Shown here in pieces: positions 12,581 through 23,208 of a DNA stretch of 64,000 bases. A program made the translations under genes and the position numbers. The stretch is from Antedon mediterranea. Lineage: Eukaryota > Animalia > Echinodermata. The notes below the pieces were generated by a model. It saw only the letters and a program-made list of their open reading frames with translations. It was not told the origin of the DNA and made no database searches. Where the stretch lies: the NCBI RefSeq assembly GCF_964355755.1, contig NC_092676.1, forward strand, positions 30,274,871-30,338,870. Direction: 5' to 3'. How positions within the stretch are numbered: position 1 is the stretch's first letter; every line of letters begins with the position of its first letter.

Positions 12581-15500
12581 TTATAAAAACGTTAAATTGT
12601 AGTAAGGTTTTAAAATGGCGTGAAATGGCAGCTAGACGGCATGGACCGGGTCCAGTGGTATTTTTCTGAAACTACTGGACCCTACTAGCCCCAACCCATG
12701 TATCGTCATCCCGGTCCATGCCGTTTATAACGTAATTATAGCCCTATAAATCATTCGGTTATATTGCATTTTGTATTTAAAAAAATTAAATTGTAGTAAC
12801 AGTAACGTTTTAAAATGGCTTAAAATGACAGCTAGACGGCATGGACCGGGGCAAGTGGTATTTTTCTGAAATGAATGGACCCTACTCGCCCCAACCCATG
12901 TATCGTTATCCCGGTCCATGCCGTTTATAACGTAATTATAGCCCTATATATCATCCTGTTATATTGCATTTTTTATTTTAAAAAACGTTAAATTGTAGTA
13001 ACGTTTTGAAATGGCGTAAAATGATAGGTAGACGGCATGGACCAGGGCAAGTGGTATTTTTCTGAATTGACTGGACCCTACTTGCCCCAACCGATGTATC
13101 GTCATCCCGGTCCATGCCGTTTATAACGTAATTATAGCCCTATAAATCATTCGGTTATATTGCATTTTTTTATAAAAAAACACGTTAAATTGTAGTAACG
13201 TTTTAAAATGGCGTAAAATGATAGCTAGACGGCATGGACCGGGACAAGTGGTATTTTTCTGAATTGACTGGACCCTACTTGCCCCAACCCATGTATCGTC
13301 ATCCCGGTCCATGCCGTTTATAACGTAATTATAGCCCTATACATCATACGTTTACATTGCATTTTTTATGAAAACCTTAAATTGTAGTAACGTTTTAAAA
13401 TGGCGTAAAATGACAGCTAGACGGCATGGACCGGGGTAAGAGGTATTTTTCTGAAATGACTGGACCCTACTCGCCCCAACCCATGTATCGTCATCCCGGT
13501 CCATGCCGTTTATAACGTAATTACAGCCCTATATATCATCCGGTTATATTGCATTTTTTATAAAAACGTTAAATTGTAGTAAGGTTTTAAAATGGCGTGA
13601 AATGGCAGCTAGACGGCATGGACCGGGTCAAGTGGTATTTTTCTGAAACTACTGGACCCTACTAGCCCCAACCCATGTATCGTCATCCCGGTCCATGCCG
13701 TTTATAACGTAATTATAGCCCTATAAATCATTCGGTTATATTGCATTTTTTATATAAAAAAAACGTTAAATTGTAGTAACGTTTTAAAATGGCGTAAAAT
13801 GATAGCTAAATGGCATGGACCGGGGCAAGTGGTATTTTTCTGAATTGACTGGACCCTACTTGCCCCAACCCATGTATCGCCATCCCGGTCCATGCCGTTT
13901 ATAACGTAATTATAGCCCTATACATCATACGTTTACATTGCATTTTTTATGAAAACCTTAAATTGTAGTAACGTTTTAAAATGGCGTAAAATGACAGCTA
14001 GACGGCATGGACCGGGGTAAGAGGTATTTTTCTGAAATAACTGGACCCTACTCGCCCCAACCCATGTATCGTCATCCCGGTCCATGCCCTTTATAACGTA
14101 ATTATAGCCCTATATTTCTTCCGGTTATATTGCAATTTTTATAAAAACGTGAAATTGTAGTAAGGTTTTAAAATGGCGTGAAATGGCAGCTAGACGGCAT
14201 GGACCGGGTCAAGTGGTATTTTTTTAAACTACTGGACCCTACTAGCCCCAACCCATGTATCGTCATCCCGGTCCATGCCGTTTATAACGTAATTATAGCC
14301 CTATAAATCATTCGGTTATATTGCATTTTTTATATAAAAAAAACGTTAAATTGTAGTAACGTTTTAAAATGGCGTAAAATGATAGCTAAATGGCATGGAC
14401 CGGGGCAAGTGGTATTTTTCTGAATTGACTGGACCCTACTTGCCCCAACCCATGTATCGCCATCCCGGTCCATGCCGTTTATAACGTAATTATAGCCCTA
14501 TACATCATACGTTTACATTGCATTTTTTATGAAAACCTTAAATTGTAGTAACGTTTTAAAATGGCGTAAAATGACAGCTAGACGGCATGGACCGGGGTAA
14601 GAGGTATTTTTCTGAAATAACTGGACCCTACTCGCCCCAACCCATGTATCGTCATCCCGGTCCATGCCGTTTATAACGTAATTATAGCCCTATATTTCTT
14701 CCGGTTATATTGCAATTTTTATAAAAACGTGAAATTGTAGTAAGGTTTTAAAATGGCGTGAAATGGCAGCTAGACGGGATGGACCGGGTCAAGTGGTATT
14801 TTTTTTAAACTACTGGACCCTACTAGCCCCAACCCATGTATCGTCATCCCGGTCCATGCCGTTTATAACGTATTTATAGCCCTATAAATCATTCGGTTAT
14901 ATTGCATTTTTTATTTTAAAAAATTAAATTGTAGGACCGGTAACGTTTTAAAATGGCGTAAAATGACAGCTAGACGGCATGGACCGGGGCAAGTGGTATT
15001 TTTCTGAAAAGACTGGACCCTACTCGCCCCAACCCATGTATCGTCATTCCGGTCCATGCCGTTTATAACGTAATTATAGCCCTATATATCATCCTGTTAT
15101 ATTGAATTTTTTATTTAAAAAACGTTAAATTGTAGTAACGTTTTAAAATGGCGTAAAATGACAGCTAGACGGCATGGACCGGGGCAAGTGGTATTTTTCT
15201 GAAACGACTGGACCGTACTAGCCCGAACCCATGTATCGTCATCCCGGTCCATGCCGTTTATAACGAAGTTATAGCCCTATAAATCATAGCCCTAGTTGAT
15301 CTAAGCCGTAAGTATAAAATCATTTAATTAAAATATTACACATATTGCGCCCCATACATGTGAATGTGAATGTCGAATAAGGATCCAACTTCACAAAAAA
15401 AATTGAATATCGAATAAGGAATAAGTAACCAACTTCACGCCGGTGAATGTAGGCCTCATTAGACGTTTATTATTCCCTAAACCTACTACTACACTGTACA

Positions 15501-16086
15501 ATAATCTGTCTAAAAATAAAAAAAAATGGTGTTTGGGTGGATGGATTGGGAAGGCTAACAAAATCTGCTTTCTAGAGGGAAGCAGACATTTTGTACGTTC
15601 GATCGGCGGCGGTCGGTCGTGTGTACCGTGAAAGCATTTTTATAATTTGATGGCCTAAATTTTTTTTTCATTAAAATTAAATACAAGTAAGTCATTATTA
15701 TTTTGTTTAATCCATAAAACGTTAACGTAATATATTGCCTACATTATCAGCAGAACTTGCCTAAAAAGGGAGGTCTCAATATGCTTAATTAGGTGGTGTT
15801 TGGTTGATCTGTACTGTAAAGTGTGTACTGACTAGTAGTAGGCTAAGCCTAAAGAATATACCAAAACAGGCAGCAGACAGAGGTGTTGAAGAACGTTTCG
15901 GCCGCCACATTTCGGTTGTCGGCTACTGTAGTACAGGCAGCTAGCTGTATTTGGTGATGATCAAATAATTATCAACCACAAAAATTTATTATATTTATAA
16001 TATTAATAATATAATCATTTATTGTTAATAATTTCGGTCAAATATCAGACTTTTTTTAATTCAGCAAGCAGAAGAAAGCATAAACA

Positions 16087-18199
16087 ATGGATTTCCAAAA
16101 TCGAGCCGGCGGTAAAACCGGCAGTGGAGGAGTAGCATCCTCATCCGAGAGCAATCGGGACAGAAGAGAGAGACTCAGACAGTTAGCTTTGGAGACAATT
16201 GATCTTAATAAGGTAAACACATTGTACTGTATAACAGGGTGGTGACTGAATGTTTTTATTAACTTTGTACATTGAATTTTCTAATTTTACTTAAACATTC
16301 AACGCCAATTTGTGTTTTTATGATGATTTATCATTTTTGTTTACACAGGATCCCTATTTTATGAAAAATCACCTTGGCTCATATGAATGTAAACTCTGCC
16401 TCACTTTACACAACAATGAAGGAAGCTACTTGGCACATACCCAGGGTAAAAAGCATCAATCTAATTTGTAAGTTATATTTTAAAAAACAATTTATTTTGT
16501 TCATGTTTCGTGACGTTTTCTTCCTGTTTTGTAATTTGTATACCCTTTGTATTGTTACATATTTTTATATATTTGTAAAATGAGCAATGAATTTCCGAAA
16601 AGATTAATAAAAGATAATTTAATTAAAATTTATTAATTAAACATTTTTTATATTTTGTCTGTATGAAATGTTTATGGTTAAAAAGTTTGAACTTAATGTG
16701 GCTATTAAATTAACCTTTTTTTTATGGTAGAGGGCGACGCGCTGCAAAAGATGCGAAGGATGCACCTGCTCAACCGGCTCCAGAGAAAGCAAGAGTGGAA
16801 GTACGAAAATTTGTAAAAATTGGTAGACCTGGTTACAAAGGTAAGTTTGAGCAATTTCTTTTTACAATTGCTTTCCCTTTCTTCTCCATTTTATTTCACT
16901 TCTGAAAATTTCATCATCATCATAGTAACATTTATTTCCAAGTAATGGTGGCTTCACCAAGTAAACAAATGTATCAGGGACACCAAAACAAAACAGACAA
17001 AAAAAAAACAAAAGATGAAAAAACAGTAAACCAAATTTCACAATCACATTTATTTTTTAGTAACAAAACAAAAGGATCCTGATTCTGGACAACAGAGCCT
17101 GCTGTTTCAAGTTGATTATCCTGAGATTGCTGAGATCACTCCAAGACATCGGTTTATGGCAGCTTATGAACAAAAGATTGAACCTCCTGACAAGAACTGG
17201 CAGTACCTACTATTTGCAGCTGAACCATATGAAACCATTGCATTCAAGGTATTATTCTATAGTTTATTATATCAACCTTTTGTACAGTAATAACCTCTTC
17301 TTATCAATGTGTATTAAGTTTCTCAAAAATATCCACTTTGTATCAATTGTTTAATTCAAATAAATTTGTTACAGAATTAAGTGATTTATGAAAAATTCTT
17401 TTATTACAGGTTCCCAGCCGTGAAGTTGATAAAAATGAAAGTAGATTTTGGACACAATGGAACAGGGAAACTAAGCAGGTACTTAAAAGTTCTTTTATCC
17501 GATATGAAATCTGTTAGCTTTTCTTTAAAGGATGTATTTAATATGCTTAATTTTCTCTTTCAGTTTTTCCTGCAATTTCATTTTAAGATGGAACCCAAAC
17601 CAATCTCTGCTGTCCAATCAGCACCTCCAATGAAAGGATCAGCGCCTCCTGCAAATCTTCCTCCACCACCTGGAATGCAAAGAGGACCACCACATGGCAT
17701 GAAGCAATCTGACCATAACAGACCAATGAGACCAAACTTAGGTGATAGACCACCAAACCTTCCCCCTCCACCATTGATGGGAAGGAATGGACCACAAAGA
17801 ATGCATGGGCCTGGTTCTGGTAACCTACCTCGTCCACCCATGCCACCAATGCCCCCTCCACCTGGTATGCCACCATTTAGCATGCCCCCTAATATGTTTC
17901 CTCCTCCAGGATTTCCTTACCCCCCAATGCCCCCTATGATGAGACCCCCATCATCTTCACAATCTGATACAATGAACAACGCTCCTCCTCCACCACCAAC
18001 CTCTTCAAATCCTCCCCCTTTGAATCCTCCCCCTCCACCCATCGGTCTATTACCACCTCATCCTACTGGAGGTGTGCCACCGCCTCCACCGTCTCTCACT
18101 TCAATGAGTAGTGTGCCACCATCTCTTGGTAATATGCCACCTGTTCCCCCACCACCACTACCTATAGATGATGACATGGAGGAGGGTAATGATGATTAA
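16087..18199 (+). CDS. SF3A2: Splicing factor 3A subunit 2 (SAP62), 6 coding exons
   Basis: Exons 16087-16212, 16349-16467, 16731-16840, 17061-17248, 17410-17478, 17564-18199. Motifs: MDFQNRAGGKTGSGGVASSSESNRDRRERLRQLALETIDLNKDPY, the U1C/matrin zinc finger YECKLCLTLHNNEGSYLAHTQGKKHQ, KIGRPGYKV, WQYLLFAAEPYETIAFK and a Pro-rich tail. Confidence 0.97.
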
Positions 18200-18210
18200 T
18201 CCAAACAATT

Positions 18211-18363
18211 TAAAGCTCTGTCCACACTATCAAACTTTATATGACAAACAAATGTGATGTGCTCATATTTGGACATGATGATGTCATATCACTATCATAT
18301 TTGGGCATATCCCTACCATATTTGGGCACATTACAACTAATTTGATAGTGTAGACAGAGCTTA
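18211..18363. mobile_element. ~150-bp MITE (PIF/Harbinger-like ends) in the SF3A2 3' UTR region
   Basis: TIRs agctctgtc(c/t)acactatcaaa ... tttgatagtgtagacagagct, flanked by TAA/TTA-like sequence. Confidence 0.8.
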
Positions 18364-19187
18364 GCAAAATGCTTAACAGCCACTCCAATTACTGTACTCT
18401 TCCATATAACATCTGAGTATATTTTAAACAATATCTTTGGAACTGTTTTTAAAAATGATATCATAATTTTGTAAATGGATTATTCATTTGTATGTGTCCA
18501 ACTTACTTAAGTTATTTAAGTACTAATACTTTGGTGTTGTTTTTTTTATACTTTACTATGTACATGGTGTGCCACAAACATTAATCATGTAATTTAGTAC
18601 TTTTCAATGTATGATTTAAACTGAATGACATTAAATATCATGTTGACCACATTATTATTGTTTTGAATTGTGTTATAAAATCGTTTGGTTATGTACGTGT
18701 ATACTCCACGTGATTGTAATTATTTTGTTTGTTTGAAAATTCCTTGAACGATCCTCTGGACAGTAACCTACAAAATAACAGATATCGTCTAACAGTCCAG
18801 TGTTACTTTGACGGCATTACAGTTGCCATTAGCTGTGAATTCTCCTGAGGATGACACAATATACTATGAGGACAATTGACATACAACCTAACCCCCATGT
18901 GACATTTGTTCAGTCTAATTGACTTTACGAAAGATTCAAATCGAATTAAAAATGCGTGTGTTATCACTTACAGAAAAGTTAGTTAATTCTTTGGCGGTGT
19001 ATGTTACATGTAGTATGTTGATCTGTTTTCAGTATTTGGTACATTTATGTTTGTTGTTGATTATCGTTTTAATGTTAACCTACTAATCTATTAAAACATG
19101 TATTAGTAAAAATGAGAACTGCGACGCAACAAACCAAAATGTCAACATGCCAAACCAATTATCTAGTTTTAATAACAACAATTTAAA

Positions 19188-21622
19188 AACTAGATTTGAA
19201 CTCGTCACTACGGACGAGTTAGGTTATCCGCAGTCCTAAAGCCACGTGCACGTCATACGTTGGAATATTGCGCGCAGAAAAACGATTATGCCATTGAAAA
19301 AATGTGAGTGCGCTCTCTATTTTGTGTCACGTCAACGTGTATACGGTATACACTATATACCGTATACGTACTACATACAGTTCAGAATAGGTGAAAATAA
19401 GTGACCAAAGTTATTGACGCTTTTGCACATGATGACGTCATAACAATTTTTAAAATGGTGAATCATGCGAAAGATAATTGATTGACATAGACAATATAAA
19501 GAAATGGAGGGCAATGGAATACGGATAAGTGGAGATGCGCTCTATTAAATGTGATGAGCTATACGAAAGAGAAAAAAATCCTATATTTTATATTCGAGTG
19601 GCCATACGATGACGTCACAATGTCCTGATAGCCATATTGATACATGATTCGATATCTACAACTCATCTACTACCAGAATATGTAATTATAAATAAGTTTA
19701 CCACGTAGTTTAGAATCTATGACTGTTTAAAAAAAGGCATAATTTTGACAAATTTTTGGACTTTTTCATCAAAATTGCGCGCAAATTGTTTAATTCTACG
19801 TGCTCGTATGACGAGATTTTAAGGCAAAATTGATTGAAAATTGGTAAATATATTATAAAAGGCAGAAAAAACGAAAATCAAGCAAAAAAAAGATGTTTTT
19901 GCGCTACGTGCGCACGGGCGCGTAAAAAAAGTGCGCACGCGTGGGAATTTTTGAAATGCTCAAAATGACATGAAACGCGTAGAAAGTTGATTAGAAATGA
20001 ATTTTGCGCATTTTGAAATTTTGAACGCGCGTGCGCGCGTAACTTTATGTAAAACATGCCATTTTTAATCCACAGAAAGTTTGCGCATGATATAACTTAA
20101 ATTTTCACCAAGTTTCAATAGAAAATGACTTTTTGTTTTTAATCTATGATCAATTATTGAAATTCATAAAATTGCGCGTAACTTACGCTGCGTAACTCGA
20201 AAATCAAAAAACAAAGTTTCTTGCACATCTACAGATATAGGTCAATCTTATGACAAAGTTATACAATCATTTGTTAGCCAGAATTAGAGATATGCTTGCA
20301 ACAAAATTCGTGGAAAGAAAGAAGAATATAGAAAAAAAAAAAAAAGAACTAGATTTGAACTCGTCACTACGGACGAGTTAGGTTATCCGCAGCGCAAAGG
20401 CCACGTGCACGTCATACATTAAAATATTGCGCGCAGAAAAACGATTAAGTCATTGAAACAATTTCAGTGTGCTCTCTATTTTTCGTCACGTCTGAATATA
20501 TACGGTATACGCTATATACTGTATACGTACTACATACAGTGCAGAATAGGTGAAAATAAGTGACCAAAGTTATTGACGCTTTTGAACGTGATGACGTCAT
20601 CACAATTTTGAAAATGGTGAATCGTGCGAAAGATAATTGATAGACCTAGACAACATAAAAAAATGGGGGAAATGGAATACAAATAAGGGGAGATGCGCTA
20701 TATTAAATGTGACGAGCTACGAGGAAAGAGACAAAAATCCTATATTTTATATTCGAGTAGCCACACGATGACGTCACAATGTCCGGTTAGCCATATTGAT
20801 GCCTGATTTGATATCTGCAACTCATCTACTATCAGAATATGTAATTATAAAAAAGTTCACCACGTAGTTTAGAATCTATGACTGTTTAAAAAAAGGCATA
20901 ATTTTGACAAATTTTTGAACTTTTTCATCAAAAACGCGCGCAAATTATCCAATTCTACGTGCTCGTGTGACGTGATTTAAAGTCGAAATTGATTGAAAAT
21001 TTATAAATTTACTAGAAAAGGCTGAAAAAACAAAAAACAAGCAAAAAAAGGATGTTTTTGCGCTACGTGCGCACGCGCGCGTAAAAAAATTGCGCACGCG
21101 TGGGAATTTTTGAAATGCTCAAAATGACATGAAACGCGTAGAAAGTTGATTAGAAATTGATTTTTCGCATTTTGAAATTTTAAACGCGCGTGCGCGCGTA
21201 ACTTTTTGTAAAACATGCTATTTTTAATCCATAGAAAGTTTGCGCATGATATGACTTAAATTTTCACCAAGTTTCAATACAAAATGACTTTTATTTTTTA
21301 TTCTATGATCAATCATTGAAATTCACAAAATTGCGCGTAACTTACGCTGCGCGACTCGAAATTTGAAAATAAAAGTTTCTTGCACATCTACAGCTACATA
21401 TCAATCTTATGAAAAAGTTATACAATCATATGTTGCCCAAAATTAGAGATATGCGACCAACAAAATTCGTGGAAAGAAAGAAGAAAATAGAAAAAAAAAG
21501 AGAAAAAAAAAAAAGATCCTGACAATAACAAGAGGTTATCCGCCAAGTGCGGATAACCAAAAAAAAAAAAAAAAAAGATCCTGACAATAACAAGGGGTTA
21601 TCCGCCAAGTGCGGATAACCAA
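19188..21622 (-). mobile_element. Tandem dimer of a second Helentron/HINE family element (period 1159 bp)
   Basis: Two similar copies start at 19188 and 20347 with aactag-atttg-aactcgtc/actacg/gacgagtt (3' hairpin and CTAGTT end on the minus strand) plus the subTIR ggttatccgc. The 5' hairpin ggttatccgccaagtgcggataacc is present twice, at ~21534 and ~21596. Confidence 0.8.
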
Positions 21623-23208
21623 TTAAATATAATTTTCCTTCAATGAAACAGAATATACAATTTGTGTCGATCCTTACAACAATCATCACTGTTTTCATGT
21701 TATCAAGTTAAACCATATTTTGTTAACGGTTAAATTGTAATTTATGCAAGTGAATGATTTAACAATTTAACAGATGTAAAAGACATTATTGTGACGAAGC
21801 AGTTCCGGAAACTTCCAAAACGGTCCATTTTTCTGTCATCATAGTACTGAAGTGTACAGTAATTAACTTTCTGCTTAAAAGGTTACTTTTGGTACAGTTC
21901 AATCAAAATTAACCTTTTCTCCCACGAGGAAGCAAGCACCGCATGCCTCGATCCTTTATATATTAATTATTTAGACTAATTCCGGATCAAGCAATTTCGT
22001 ATGCAACTATGTAATGATATAATTTATTATTCCAGGTAATTGGCAACACCCACGAATTCAACAAAACATTTTATAAACATCATTTTTATGATTATGAATT
22101 TATGTTTAAAATTGTGTTTTTTTAAAAAGGTGTTTGTTTTTATTAATTAACTGTAAAGGGTTTTCCCTCAAATGCAATGTAATTCATTAATTGCTCGTCT
22201 GATCTCATCAAATACATATTGCATACAAATAATATTAAATGATGCTGTTGTTAGTATTGCTTGGATTATTTTTTTGTCCCAAAAATTGAAGAAAAAAATA
22301 TAAAAACCCTATTTATTTGTATTTGTATATTTATTGATATGAAATATATACAGTATGCTTACCACTATAATGAGATAACGATGCTATAATTTAAATAACG
22401 ACCTAAGTTTGGTTTAACATGCTGCACAGAAACCAATTAAGCATTTACTTTATGGGCTATTCCATTCAAAATTATGAATAATGTGTATTTATTTAGTATT
22501 CATAGTCCGAGCCCTTAGCATATTTTAGATATTCACACTATATCAGTACAATACTAATAGGGCCTATTGATTAATTCCATCCCTGCAATAAAAGTTTAAT
22601 AATACTGTATAAATAAGGAAAACGCCGGTGCTAATTAATTGATTTCAGAATGCAACAGTCTGCTCTATAGCAACGAACTTTGACACTATAAACACTAACT
22701 GGTAAGGCGGGTTAGTGGAGCGTAAAATGAATGCACGTAAGTTTTCGTTCTTACACAATGCTATTTATTAGGTTATACTGGTTTATCTCATTTAGTATTG
22801 GGTGCCTATTCTTATTTATAATGTTAGTCTATGCATTATTACAGAGCCAAGTCTTTCACATTTTCTTAAATTAGTAGCCTATTCTAAGTTCTGACTTGTT
22901 GATTTGGTGGCTGCTGAGCTACTAACTCTAAGCATAGCATGTGTGTGCCTTTTTGACCGTGCTTACTGTTGTTAGGTTGACTTCATTCATTCGCAAGGCC
23001 TAATAGTAGGGAGGAGGATATATATATCCGTTGATGATGTTTTTTCCCGATTTTAACGTTCATTCAGGAATGTTATTACTATTAACTAACTTGGATGTAA
23101 TATGTTGGATAGTCGACCCTAACTGTAAAAATACGCCCGTGTATGACAGACCGAAATATGAAATTTTCACATTCTCACATATATTTTTTATAGATGTATG
23201 ATTAAATA

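Larger units (their letters stand above)
3821..15280 (-). repeat. ~196-bp tandem repeat array, right arm (~52 units, reverse orientation)
   Basis: Reverse complement of the left-arm unit (ccccaacccatgtatcgtcatcccggtccatgccgtttataacgtaattatagccc). The orientation switches at ~3821 and two nested insertions interrupt the arm. Confidence 0.95.
2363..15444. mobile_element. Non-autonomous foldback-type DNA transposon (13,082 bp), Mutator/FB-like by its 9-bp TSD
   Basis: The ends ACCGGCGTGAAGTTGGTTAC (2363) and GTAACCAACTTCACGCCGGT (15444) start ~170-bp inverted repeats. These differ only by one CATTCA unit and one substitution. A direct repeat GAATGTAGG flanks the element at 2354-2362 and 15445-15453. 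The interior is tandem repeats in opposite orientations, with no transposase ORF. Confidence 0.92.

Noticed and set aside
5825-13312. Repeated 61-64 aa ORFs (MDRDDDTWVGASRV...)
   Set aside because: They are by-products of the 196-bp unit. Most units carry frameshifts or stops, and there is no splice or domain support.
2550-15280. CRISPR-like or rRNA/snRNA gene array interpretation of the repeats
   Set aside because: There are no unique spacers and no cas genes, the context is eukaryotic, and I see no recognisable 5S/U-snRNA/tRNA sequence or Pol III boxes in the unit.
17578-17883. Gly-rich minus-strand ORFs
   Set aside because: Antisense shadows of the Pro-rich SF3A2 exon.
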